This document shows, piece after piece, positions 1 to 10,200 of a DNA stretch of 64,000 nt (positions are counted from its first letter, which is position 1; the number at the start of each line of letters is the position of its first letter). Both the position numbers and the translations under genes were made by a program. The notes under the pieces are model-generated. The model saw only the letters and a list, made by a program, of their open reading frames with translations, was not told where the DNA came from and did not search any database. This stretch comes from an uncultured Candidatus Saccharibacteria bacterium (GTDB taxonomy: Bacteria > Patescibacteriota > UBA1384 > CAILIB01 > JAUSJZ01), in assembly GCA_964421635.1 (NCBI GenBank), contig CAYQWZ010000003.1, positions 65,712 to 129,711 on the forward strand, given 5' to 3'.

Positions 1-95
1 AGCTCTTCCTCTTCTTCAGTTTCATGAAGGATTTGCTCTAAATGCTCTTTCAAAGCTTTAGCGGTAATAATTTTGTCGAGATCAACTTTAATCAT
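1..95 (-). CDS. N-terminal fragment of an ORF running off the window (MIKVDLDKIITAKALKEHLEQILHE...), loosely Phd/YefM-like
   Basis: ATG at 95-93, open to the window edge, TATAAT 6 nt upstream; family resemblance is weak. Confidence 0.45.
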   Translation of the reverse strand, partial: MIKVDLDKIITAKALKEHLEQILHETEEEEE

Positions 96-132
96 GTCTT
101 TATTATATCTGCTTTTTGCTAAACTGAAACAT

Positions 133-1392
133 ATGAATACAACAACCAAGAAACTCAAAAACGGGGCGACTTTATTAGTCACCCCAATTAAAGAAGCCAA
201 GTCTACTACTTTATTTGTCACTGTCCCGCACGGCTCTCGACACGAAACTGCCGACCAAGCAGGATTAGCTCATTTTTACGAGCATATGGTTTTTAAAGGA
301 GGCAAAAAATATGCGGCGGCGGATGCGATTTCGCAAGCCCTTGATGCAGTCGGCGCCGACTATAACGCTTTCACAGACTTTCAGCAAACGGCGTATTACG
401 CGCGGGTGGCCGCAGCTAATTTCGACACGGCGCTCGATGTCATTTCAGATTATTTACAGTTCGCCAAGTTTGACCAGAAAGATATTGACCGCGAGCGCGG
501 CGTGATATTAGAGGAATACAATATGTATTGGGATATGCCCGACGCGCGAGCGGATATGCAATCACCTAAGTTAATTTTTGGCGATACTCCGCTTGGCCGA
601 CCAATAATTGGTACTAAAGAGAGAATACAAAAATTCAATCGTAAGGATTTTTCAGATTGGTACGAGCAAAAATACAGTGCCGAAAAGGTTGTAATTTCGG
701 TCGCTGGTGCAATCCCTAAAAATTTAGATGACCAAATTGAAGAGAAATTTAGCAGCCTGCCCGAATCCTCAAAAATAAAAATGGAAGGTGCAAAAAGCCT
801 AACTACTGGCCCAAACATAGTAATGGATGAACGAGCAGGCGAGCAAATTCGATTAGTGATGGCTTTTGAATCGAAGGCGGCGCAAGACGAGCAGCTGTGG
901 GTACAGCGAGTGATGCGTACTATTATGGGAGTTTCAATGAGTTCGCGACTGTTCTCTGAAATTAGAGAGAAGCGAGGATTATGTTATACCGTTTCAATGC
1001 AAGATCAAGCCTTTAGTGATACGGGAATTTTGACAGTTGAATCTGGTTTAGATAGTACCCGAATTGAAGAGGCAATAAAGGCCATTTGGGAAGAATTAAA
1101 AAAGATTACTCAAACTAATGTGAAGGACGAGGAACTTAAGAGAGCCAAAGAGTTTATAAAAAGTACTACTATTTTGTCTTTAGAATCTACCGCAGCAGTG
1201 GCTAGGTTCAAAGCAGCTCAATATATGTTTGAGGGTGTTACCATGCCAATAGAAGAGAGATTCAAACAGATTGATGCGGTAACGGCTGAACAAGTGAAAG
1301 CAATTTCAAAAGAGCTATTTCAACCAAATCGTATGGGGCTAGTAATGGTTGGCCCTAAACAAAACATTGACAAGATCTCTCAGATATTCTAA
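133..1392 (+). CDS. M16 (pitrilysin/insulinase-family) zinc peptidase
   Basis: HFYEH inverted zinc motif (HxxEH), SSRLFSEIREKRGLCY C-domain motif; ATG133 follows TGcTAAACT. Confidence 0.92.
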   Translation: MNTTTKKLKNGATLLVTPIKEAKSTTLFVTVPHGSRHETADQAGLAHFYEHMVFKGGKKYAAADAISQALDAVGADYNAFTDFQQTAYYARVAAANFDTALDVISDYLQFAKFDQKDIDRERGVILEEYNMYWDMPDARADMQSPKLIFGDTPLGRPIIGTKERIQKFNRKDFSDWYEQKYSAEKVVISVAGAIPKNLDDQIEEKFSSLPESSKIKMEGAKSLTTGPNIVMDERAGEQIRLVMAFESKAAQDEQLWVQRVMRTIMGVSMSSRLFSEIREKRGLCYTVSMQDQAFSDTGILTVESGLDSTRIEEAIKAIWEELKKITQTNVKDEELKRAKEFIKSTTILSLESTAAVARFKAAQYMFEGVTMPIEERFKQIDAVTAEQVKAISKELFQPNRMGLVMVGPKQNIDKISQIF

Positions 1393-1463
1393 TTATATAA
1401 TCCACCTGACATTTTTATGACATTTCTGCTATTGTCGTATCAAACAATCTAAATTATGTATTT

Positions 1464-2111
1464 ATGAATAAAAGCTCTGATAGCAAAAAAGATATCGCCA
1501 TGGAGAGAAGTTTCGTCATGATTAAGCCCGATGGAGTAATGCGCGGACTGATAGGCACAATTTTGCAAAGATTTGAGCAACGCGGATTAAAAATTATTGC
1601 CCTAAAGCTAATTGAGCCAACCAGAGAACAGATAGACGGGCATTATCCTAAAGAAGAGAGCTGGATTGACCGTTTGGGCGAAAAAACATTATCAACTTTT
1701 AAAGAATACAAACTTGACCCAAAAGAGATTTTAGGAACAGATAATCAAAAGGAGCTAGGTGCAAAAGTGCGCGAATGGCTCCTTGATTATATGACTATGG
1801 GTCCAGTCGTTTGCATGGTAGTGGAAGGAGTCCATTCGCGCGGCATGATTCGAAAAATTGTCGGCGCTACTTTGCCTTTTTTTGCCGACCCAGGAACAAT
1901 TAGAGGAGACTTCTCCGTGGACGCCTCAACTGCTGCCAATACGCAGAATCGAAGCATTTTTAATTTAATCCATGCCTCAGAAACAGAAGAAGAGGCTACT
2001 AATGAAATTGACCACTGGTTCTCGCCAGAAGATTTACACGAGTACTACAGAACAGATGACAGCATCGCTTACGGCGATCGTCGATCTGAAGATTTCACCA
2101 AGAAAAAATAA
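1464..2111 (+). CDS. ndk: Nucleoside diphosphate kinase
   Basis: MIKPDGV, PGTIRGDF and NLIHAS (catalytic His) motifs. Confidence 0.95.
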   Translation: MNKSSDSKKDIAMERSFVMIKPDGVMRGLIGTILQRFEQRGLKIIALKLIEPTREQIDGHYPKEESWIDRLGEKTLSTFKEYKLDPKEILGTDNQKELGAKVREWLLDYMTMGPVVCMVVEGVHSRGMIRKIVGATLPFFADPGTIRGDFSVDASTAANTQNRSIFNLIHASETEEEATNEIDHWFSPEDLHEYYRTDDSIAYGDRRSEDFTKKK

Positions 2112-2114
2112 AAA

Positions 2115-3239
2115 ATGCCATTAATTTTAAATAACTTTTTGCCTTCTTTCATTGCTGCTCTGCTTATCGCTTTTATTTTCACGGGCATTGTGCGCAAGCT
2201 GGCTAGTAAACTAAAAATTGTTGCCAAGCCACGCAAACGAGATATGCACAAGAAAGCGGTGCCAAGACTCGGCGGAGTAGCAATTGTGCTAGCCTTTGTT
2301 CTTGTACTGCTAGTAACCTCCGTTATTAATCCTGATTTAATCTTTTTTACGAACGAATATCGGTTCGGCATCGATCGTCATATTTTAGGATTAATTGCCG
2401 GCTCCCTAGTCTTACTAATGTGGGGAATTGCGGATGATGTCTACTCACTTAAACCTACACAACAATTTTTAGGCCAAGCCCTAGCTGCTATCATCATTAT
2501 CTTTTCGGGCATCGGCATAGATTCTATCACTAATCCTTTTGGCCTTCACGGGTCAATTATTGAATTAAACCAGATTAATTTTAATTTATTTACCGCCGGT
2601 GCCTACACCGCGTCGATTACTTTGTGGTCAGATCTATTCACTTTCATTTGGCTGATTGGCATGATGAATGTTATGAACTGGTTTGATGGTCTCGACGGAT
2701 TAGCCACAGGCGTCTCTGCTATCTCCGCCACTATGCTTTTACTGCTTTCAATTGCTGTTGGCAGCCCCGCTGGAATTATCGCCATGCTAGTTATTTTAGT
2801 TGGCGCCCTGATAGGATTTCTCCCTTGGAACTGGTATCCGGCTAAAATTTTTATGGGCACCGCGGGCAGTACTTTTTTAGGATTTGTTTTAGGAGTAGCG
2901 GCCATAATTTCGGGCGGAAAAATTGCCACCGCTTTGCTGGTGCTGGGAGTACCAGTTTTAGACGCGCTTTGGGTAGTATTTCGCCGAGCAATAAATAAGC
3001 AATCCATCTTTAAAGCCGATCGGCGTCATTTGCATCATCGTTTAGTGGACGCTGGCCTAACAGTGCCAAAAACGGTTATGACTTTGTATGTAATATCCTT
3101 AATTTTTGGCGGTTTGGCTTTGTATAAAAATAATACTAATATTAAGCTACAGCTGGCTTTTATTTTGGCCTTAGTGGTAGTCATTATTGGTTTAGGAACA
3201 TTAGCAGCTGAGAGAATTAAAACAAAAAAGAATGGGTAA
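2115..3239 (+). CDS. Polyprenyl-phosphate N-acetylhexosamine-1-phosphate transferase (WecA/TagO/MraY family)
   Basis: PRLGG, GIADD, NWFDGLDGL, KIFMG and HLHH motifs; many TM helices. Confidence 0.9.
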   Translation: MPLILNNFLPSFIAALLIAFIFTGIVRKLASKLKIVAKPRKRDMHKKAVPRLGGVAIVLAFVLVLLVTSVINPDLIFFTNEYRFGIDRHILGLIAGSLVLLMWGIADDVYSLKPTQQFLGQALAAIIIIFSGIGIDSITNPFGLHGSIIELNQINFNLFTAGAYTASITLWSDLFTFIWLIGMMNVMNWFDGLDGLATGVSAISATMLLLLSIAVGSPAGIIAMLVILVGALIGFLPWNWYPAKIFMGTAGSTFLGFVLGVAAIISGGKIATALLVLGVPVLDALWVVFRRAINKQSIFKADRRHLHHRLVDAGLTVPKTVMTLYVISLIFGGLALYKNNTNIKLQLAFILALVVVIIGLGTLAAERIKTKKNG

Positions 3240-3369
3240 GAAACCAATTGAAGTTGAGCCTCTGGGCTTTCGAAAAAAGCAGGAAGGATGTATGAAATGG
3301 ATAATGTGGTTAGTTTTGATATCTATGACTATTAGCTTCATTGTGGCATCTGCATACTACGGTTTTTAG
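3232..3369 (+). CDS. Small 45-aa single-TM protein (MGKKPIEV...WIMWLVLISMTISFIVASAYYGF)
   Basis: ATG overlaps the end of the upstream gene, fills the gap, basic N-terminus plus hydrophobic helix; below the ORF-track cutoff. Confidence 0.55.
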   Translation: MGKKPIEVEPLGFRKKQEGCMKWIMWLVLISMTISFIVASAYYGF

Positions 3370-3396
3370 TAATATTGAAAGTGCTATACTAAACCT

Positions 3397-3801
3397 ATGG
3401 AAATGGAAAATAAACCAGCAGTTTTAATTGTTGAAGATGAAGCGGGGCTACGCGAACTGTACGAAGAAGAGCTTATTAAAGCGGGCTATTTAGTGTTTGC
3501 GGTGGCTAACGGTGAAGAAGGTTTAGCCATAGCCAAAGAGCGAAAACCGATGGCAGTCATTCTTGACATTATGTTACCAGGTATGAGCGGGCTAGATATG
3601 CTAGCTAAAATGCGCGCGGATGAAAACATGAAAGACACTCCGGTCTATTTACTGACTGCCCTAGAAGACACGGACGATAGAGCGCGCGGCATCTCTTTAG
3701 GGGCAACCGAGTACTTGGCTAAAAATGAAGTTTCACCAGAAAGTGTAATAGTCAAAATAAAACAACTCAATGAATCAGGCTCCGTCAATCCTTCTAGTTG
3801 A
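3397..3801 (+). CDS. Stand-alone response regulator receiver
   Basis: VLIVEDE, ILDIMLPG (phospho-Asp), LT, YLAK; no output domain. Confidence 0.9.
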   Translation: MEMENKPAVLIVEDEAGLRELYEEELIKAGYLVFAVANGEEGLAIAKERKPMAVILDIMLPGMSGLDMLAKMRADENMKDTPVYLLTALEDTDDRARGISLGATEYLAKNEVSPESVIVKIKQLNESGSVNPSS

Positions 3802-4150
3802 GGATGACTTAATTTTGCAAGAAATGTACCGCATTCGTCTGGAGCAGGCTGGGTTTCGAGTGACAGAATTAGTCTCTGGAGAAGAGGCGCTGCGGGCTAT
3901 AGCCAATAATAAGTTTGATTTGGTTTTGTTAGATATTATGCTGCCAGGTGTAAGCGGATTAGATGTTTTAGCCGAACTTAAGGATAATGATTCTACAAAA
4001 GATCTACCTGTTATTATGCTTTCGGCTTTATCGACAGATGAAGACAAGATGCGTGGTCGGGAGTTTGGTGCTACCGATTATATTGCCAAATCTGAGTCGA
4101 CGCCCAGAGAAGTTGTAGCAAAAATTAAATCTATATTAGATGCCAAATGA
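3770..4150 (+). CDS. Stand-alone response regulator receiver, paralog of the upstream gene
   Basis: ILLVEDD, LLDIMLPG, LS, YIAK. Confidence 0.9.
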   Translation: MNQAPSILLVEDDLILQEMYRIRLEQAGFRVTELVSGEEALRAIANNKFDLVLLDIMLPGVSGLDVLAELKDNDSTKDLPVIMLSALSTDEDKMRGREFGATDYIAKSESTPREVVAKIKSILDAK

Positions 4151-4625
4151 GGAATATCGATTTCGTGGTCAGGGGACAGACGAAAAGGTTATTTTAGTGG
4201 TGCGGCATCATCCGGTGGTTTTGTTGCACGACGGATACATTATTTTAGCCATTGCTTTAGTGCCGTGGGCGGTTTTTGTTTTTTCAGCCTTTACGGCGGC
4301 TTTCGGTTGGACGCTACTCCTTTCTACTATCGCCGCCGCCTGGATGATCTTTCAAGCCTACTTTACATGGATTAACGACATCTATGTTTTGACTAATAAA
4401 AGAGTGTTGGTGACTGATCAGCGACAGGTGTTTGAGCGCGAAGTGAAAGAGGTCCGCTACGATCGAGTTCAAGAAGTATCACACGAAATAAAAGGATTAT
4501 ATGCGACCATGCTAAATGTCGGCAATGTGAAAATTAAAACCGCGTCGGGCGATGATATGAATCTTATTATGGTACCGGGCCCTTATGAAATTGAACAAAA
4601 AATTGCTCAGAATGTAAGCTCTTAG
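4140..4625 (+). CDS. Membrane protein with bacterial PH (bPH_2-like) domain
   Basis: Two TM helices then YVLTNKRV...RVQEVS...GNVKIKTA. Confidence 0.75.
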   Translation: MPNEEYRFRGQGTDEKVILVVRHHPVVLLHDGYIILAIALVPWAVFVFSAFTAAFGWTLLLSTIAAAWMIFQAYFTWINDIYVLTNKRVLVTDQRQVFEREVKEVRYDRVQEVSHEIKGLYATMLNVGNVKIKTASGDDMNLIMVPGPYEIEQKIAQNVSS

Positions 4626-4694
4626 GTTGTACTTTGACTTATTTTGAGATAATAGTAAGTTGTTTGGCGTACAGTAAGTAAGCATTATTTTTTT

Positions 4695-5255
4695 GTGAAG
4701 AATATTTCTGACGAACAATGCATGAAGAAATTGGCAGAGGGAGATCAAAAAGCCCTATCTTTTTTGGTAGATAGATATGAGAATAAGCTCAGACATTTTA
4801 TTCACTCTTTGGGCAAAATTTCCGCCGACGATATCGAAGATATTTTACAGGAAACTTTTATTCGGGTTTATCAGAATGCCAAAGGATTCGATGCATCCTA
4901 CAGCTTTTCATCATGGGTTTACAGAATTGCCAGAAATCAGACCTATAGTTTTATGCGTAAAATGAAAGTGCGACCACATGTAGTTTTAGAAATTAGTGAT
5001 GTGCCAAGCAAGTTGCTGATTGATGAGGTTGATCTCCATCAAGATGTTATAACAAAAGAGAAGAAAGCCAAACTACAAAACTCAATAAATAGTTTACCAA
5101 CCAAATATGCGGAGGTATTGCAATTATTAGTTTATGAAGAGATGAGTCAGAAAGAAACATCAGATATTTTGAAAATACCTGTCAGTACAGTAGCCACTAG
5201 ATATGCTCGAGCCAAACAGCAATTAAAAATTGTTCTAAAAAATGAAAAAGACTAA
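4695..5255 (+). CDS. ECF-type sigma-70 factor
   Basis: EDILQETF and FSSWVYRIARN (region 2); SQKETSDILKIPVSTVATRYARAK (region 4). Confidence 0.92.
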   Translation: MKNISDEQCMKKLAEGDQKALSFLVDRYENKLRHFIHSLGKISADDIEDILQETFIRVYQNAKGFDASYSFSSWVYRIARNQTYSFMRKMKVRPHVVLEISDVPSKLLIDEVDLHQDVITKEKKAKLQNSINSLPTKYAEVLQLLVYEEMSQKETSDILKIPVSTVATRYARAKQQLKIVLKNEKD

Positions 5256-5763
5256 AGAAGAAATCTTAAAAATATTGAAGGACAAACAGATTGAGCAGAA
5301 GCCTCGATGGCACTTTCAATTACAAAAAATACTAATTTGGACAGCTGTCATTGGAGGATTAATAATTTCAGGCTTGCTGTCTTCAGTGTTAATTCAATTT
5401 AGTTTAGCAGCTGGCGTCAAAGAAGTAATTGGTCCGAATTTTCCTGCTATAATAATGGCTTTCCGCCTTGTTCCTTCATTATTTATTCTTATTATTATGG
5501 TGGCAGTTTTAATCAATAGTATTTTAAATAAACTCACTCCAAAGGGTTATCGTGTGACTTACTTAAAATCCTTATTTATTACTTTAGCTGTTGTCGGTTT
5601 ATTAGGGTCACTGTTCTTTGGTTTGGGTGTGGGACCAAGAATGCATCAACAATTTTTACATATTAAACCGTACAAGGCTGAATTTGACCGGCGTCATAGA
5701 TTGCCGAAAGAGGAAATTAAAGGTGTGAGATATTATCCTCCGGCTGCGCGTACTAATAGGTGA
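5242..5763 (+). CDS. Three-TM membrane protein, possible anti-sigma factor
   Basis: Overlaps the ECF stop; hydrophobic segments; anti-sigma role inferred from position only. Confidence 0.55.
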   Translation: MKKTKEEILKILKDKQIEQKPRWHFQLQKILIWTAVIGGLIISGLLSSVLIQFSLAAGVKEVIGPNFPAIIMAFRLVPSLFILIIMVAVLINSILNKLTPKGYRVTYLKSLFITLAVVGLLGSLFFGLGVGPRMHQQFLHIKPYKAEFDRRHRLPKEEIKGVRYYPPAARTNR

Positions 5764-5795
5764 GGACGTCTTCAGAAAAATAAGTAAGAATAAAT

Positions 5796-6248
5796 ATGAA
5801 CAAGAATTACATTCCCTATTTGGTTGCTACTGCCGCTATAGTAACGGCAGGTGTAACAACAATTAGTGCGCAAGAAGTTGGTGAAACCGATCAGCCGGTT
5901 GACGAAGCTGTTAGTCAAGAAGATACATCCGTAAACTGTCGTGGTAAACGCCATGAAAACAAGGAGAATTTCGAAGCGGTAAAAACTGCTATCGAGAATA
6001 ATGACTACGAAGCTTGGAAGAGCGCTATTAGTGAGGCTCCCTTTGCTGATAAAATTTCCGAAGTAATTAATGCAGAGAACTTTGATAAATTTGTGGAGAT
6101 GCATAATTTACGACAAGACGGAGATATCGAAGGGGCACAAGAGATAAGAGATGAATTAGGATTACCAGCAAGACCTGGAAAGGGTGGCGCCGGTCCACGC
6201 GGAGAACATGGTTTTCATAAGGGAAATGTTGAGTCAGAAGCTCAATAA
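5796..6248 (+). CDS. Secreted hypothetical protein
   Basis: Signal peptide ending TISA-Q; helical acidic core (AIENNDYEAWK). Confidence 0.65.
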   Translation: MNKNYIPYLVATAAIVTAGVTTISAQEVGETDQPVDEAVSQEDTSVNCRGKRHENKENFEAVKTAIENNDYEAWKSAISEAPFADKISEVINAENFDKFVEMHNLRQDGDIEGAQEIRDELGLPARPGKGGAGPRGEHGFHKGNVESEAQ

Positions 6249-6279
6249 AATCTAATTTGCTATTAAACAGAAAGACTCT

Positions 6280-6304
6280 AGACCCTAGACTCTAGGGTCT
6301 TTTT
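6280..6304 (+). terminator. Intrinsic terminator
   Basis: AGACCCTAGA-C-TCTAGGGTCT followed by TTTT. Confidence 0.7.
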
Positions 6305-6405
6305 GGTTGTGCAATGTCGAAAAAGCACTACTAGCTTGACTATCAAGCTTATTTTTGTTAGTGTTTTAGCAGTTCGTTAGGGGGGAAACCCCGGAAAGGT
6401 TGCAC

Positions 6406-7185
6406 ATGAACACGCGAAATCTCATCTCAACTCTGCTTGCTGTCTTCATCGTTCTGTCGGCTTTGATGCCGGCACTGGCCGATGATGAGGGCGCGCAGGC
6501 CTACGCTCCCACCACCCTCAGTGCCTACGCCGGTTACAACAGCGACTACATCTGGTCGTTGGGAGGTCACTCGTCTGAGGGTTCCTCGCGTGCTGGCGCT
6601 GCTATTACCGCGCCGCTCAACCGGCAGGGCAGTGTCTGGCTTCAAGCTCGCTTCGACGCCATGTATGGCGATGGGCCGTTCGGCAAGGAGAACGATGTTA
6701 CCTTGGCTTTTTGGGGTAATCTGCCCAAGGGTCAGGTCGTCGGTGGCGCTGTACTGTGGTACGATCTGGCGCCGACAGGCAGCAGCCGTGTCGGCGACAT
6801 GGTCGAGGTGGCACTTTTCTACAAGTGCCCATTCGAAAGCTCTGTTGGCACGCTGGTGGCTGAAGTGGGCACCCGCGTCTTCTATGTAGTCGATTTCCCG
6901 GTGTCAGGCACTGATGGAGTCGTCCCTTACGTGGGCGTTTCCGGTGCTTGGCCCGTCTCGAGCCGACTGACGGGTAGCTGGAATCAGCTTGTCGGCTACG
7001 ACTCGGGCGTCTATCTGGCTGACCGCGGCCTGATGGCGCTGGGCGACGGCAAGATGACCTATCAGCTGAGCGACAGCGACCAACTGTATCTCAACTGTCG
7101 GTTCTGGGCTCCGCTCTCGGGCATCGACGACCGGGTCAGCAAGGCTGAGATCGGAATAGGCTACGAGCATGCCTTCACCTTCTGA
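6406..7185 (+). CDS. Secreted beta-strand-rich protein resembling an outer-membrane beta-barrel; GC-rich islet
   Basis: Signal peptide ALA-D; alternating aromatic/Gly strands; C-terminal IGIGYEHAFTF; GGAAAGG SD. Confidence 0.6.
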   Translation: MNTRNLISTLLAVFIVLSALMPALADDEGAQAYAPTTLSAYAGYNSDYIWSLGGHSSEGSSRAGAAITAPLNRQGSVWLQARFDAMYGDGPFGKENDVTLAFWGNLPKGQVVGGAVLWYDLAPTGSSRVGDMVEVALFYKCPFESSVGTLVAEVGTRVFYVVDFPVSGTDGVVPYVGVSGAWPVSSRLTGSWNQLVGYDSGVYLADRGLMALGDGKMTYQLSDSDQLYLNCRFWAPLSGIDDRVSKAEIGIGYEHAFTF

Positions 7186-7230
7186 CCAGACAACCTAACT
7201 GGCCGAGTTCTCGGTCAACGCCAGCATCTC

Positions 7231-7259
7231 ACCTCCGGGCCGTCCCGGAGGTTTTTTTT
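7231..7259 (+). terminator. Intrinsic terminator
   Basis: ACCTCCGGG-ccgt-CCCGGAGGT followed by a T run. Confidence 0.8.
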
Positions 7260-10200
7260 AATACACATTTTCGATGCCTACAATTTCGGCTACCTGATTC
7301 TTTAGTTTTTCGTTAATTTCTACCGTAGATTTAGTGGCAATCTCTTTAATGCCGCCATTATGAGGTAGGCGCAAAGCTACCGGTTTATCACCAGGATAGA
7401 GTGCTAAAATTTGTTTCAGCTGCATTAGCGTATCTTTATTGGCCGAATTGGGCACTTCAATAATAAAACGATTCGCTTGACCAAAATTGCCGTTATTATT
7501 GTCGCCGGAGCCATTACTGTTCCAACCGTTCTTCGGTCTTTCCCGACGTTTTTGCGGTCTAAATTTCGGTAGGTTTGGCAATTCATTCCCTTCAACCTCA
7601 TAAATTTGTTCTACCAAAATTTTCATTTCTTTTGTTTGAACCTGTGTTCTAGAATCTTTGGCATTAACAAATCCGTCGACAACCAAAATTTTGCCCACTT
7701 CAAGCTTATTTTTATGTTCGGCGTGGACTTTTGGGAAAGCAATTAGTTCTAGAGAAGTCGCGGCATCTTCGAACTTAATAAAACTCATTGGGTCATCATT
7801 TTTGGTCATAATGGTACGGATATCTGAAATTAATCCTACTACTCGCACTTTCTGGTTGTGCAGCTTGGCGTTAATTTCGCTCAAAGGCTGTACTTCGGCG
7901 CCCAATTTTTTAGCCACTTCTTTTATAGGATGGTCAGAAAGATAAATTCCCAGAAGCTCGCGCTCCCAGTCGAGTTTGGTACGGTTATCAATAGCAGGGA
8001 CATCTGGCAAATCTAGTTTAAATTGCGCTCCTTCTTCTTCGTCTCCGAATAATCCTTCTTGACCAACAGAACTATTTTTATGCACCGCAGAAATGAAATC
8101 TAAAATTGCTGGCATTCCTTCGAGCACACGGTTGCGATCTTCGAGCGAATCAAGCGCTCCTGCTTTAGCCAAATTCTCAACCACTTTTTTATTAACTTTT
8201 TGACTGCCCAGTCGAATAAGAAAATCGGTTAAACTTTTGTATTTACCATTCTTTTCGCGCTCCTTCACAATTTCGGCGCTGACATCGACGCCGACATTCT
8301 TAATAGCGCCAAGACCGAAACGAATCACATTACCTGTTCTTTTTGGCGAAGGCTCGGGTGTGTCGTAAACAACAGCGAAATCAACGAAGGATTCATTAAC
8401 ATCTGGCGCCAGTACCTTAAGTCCCATTTGGTCGGCCTCTGCTAGCTCTATAGCTAGCCGGTCGAGATTGTGTAAGTCAGAGGTCATCAGGGCGGCCATA
8501 AACTCCGCCGGATAATTTGCCTTCAAATACGCTGTTTGGTAGGCAATCATGGCGTAACAGGCGGCGTGAGCGCGGTTGAACCCATAGCGAGCGAAAGGTT
8601 CGATAAAGTTCCAAATCTTTTCGGCTAAGGCTTGAGAAATGTTTTGCGTTTTAATTGATCCATTAATAAATTTCTCTCGTTGTTCATCTAGTAAGGATTT
8701 AATTTTTTTGCCCACTGCTTTACGCAAAATATCTGCTTCGCCGTAAGTGAAGCCGGCGAAATCGCGAGCAATTTGTAGTACCTGATCTTGCGTAACAATA
8801 ACACCGTAAGTGTCTTTCAAAATTGGCTCCAATGCGGGGTGAAGATAAGTTATAATTTTCCGGCCATGCTTTGATTCAATAAAATCGGGAATGGCTTCCA
8901 TTGGGCCAGGGCGGTATAAAGCCACCATTGAGATAATATCTTCAAATTCGGTCGGCTTTAGTTCTCTCAAATAGCGTTTCATGCCAGCTGATTCTAGCTG
9001 AAACACTCCAGTCGATTCAGCTCGCGACAGTAGTTGGTAAGATTTTTTATCATCTGTTTTTAGAGTGCGAATATCTATTTCGACATGGCGATGTTGACGC
9101 AACAGCTTCAAACATAAATCGATAGTGTTTAAGTTAGATAATCCTAAAAAGTCAATTTTCAAAATGCCCATATCTTCAATGGCGTGCATCTCATATTGAG
9201 TAGTTATGGATTGATCGGAGCGGGCGGCGTACTGGAGAGGAACATAGTTGTACAACGGCCCGGGAGTTACCACGACGCCGGCCGCGTGAATTGAAGTGTG
9301 GCGAACGGATCCTTCTACTTTTTTAGCTAAGTCAAGCAGTTTTTTCACCTGAGAATTAGAATTATAGTTATTCGTTAACTCTTCAGAGTGCTCCATAGCT
9401 TCAGAAATGTTGTCGCCGAAAGGAATTAGCTTGGCGATATAGTCACATTCTTGGTAGGGCAGACCTAACGCGCGACCAACATCGCGCACAGCGTTTCTGG
9501 CCTGCATAGTACCAAAGGTAATAATCTGCGCGACGTGGTCGCTGCCGTAACGGTCGCGGACATAGTCAATGACTTCGTCGCGGCGTGAATCTTGAATGTC
9601 GTTATCGATATCAGGCATTGAGAAGCGCTCAGGGTTTAAGAAGCGTTCAAAAATAAGTTTGTACACCAATGGGTCAATGTCTGTAATACCCGTGACATAA
9701 CCAACCATTGAGCCGGCGGCGGAGCCACGGCCGGGGCCAATCAAAATTCCTTGCTTACGCGCCCAGTTAATAAAGTCTTGAGTGATCAAGAAATATCCTT
9801 CAAAGCCCATATTCTCAACCACAGACAATTCGTAATCAACGCGATCGGCTACCCGTTTTTCGAGCGGAATTGATTCGTCGTTACTGTCAGGAGAAGGCAG
9901 AATTCCGTCAGTTGGCAGGTCGCCAACCTTGTAGTTAAAACCAAAGCGTTCTCTTACTCCTTCTTCGCAGAGCTGGCGTAAATAATCGTGCTCACTTATA
10001 CCTTCAGGCGTCGGATAGTTTGGTAAAATATTTTCGCCGAATTTGATTTCAACATTACAGCGTTCAGCAATTAGCTGGGTATTAGTTAAAGCTTCGGGCG
10101 CATCGGCGAACCATTCGGCCATATCTTTTGGGTCTGTAATTGACAAATCGGTATCTAAAAAGTTTAGCCGGTTGGGCTCGTCAACTTTTTTACCTGACGA

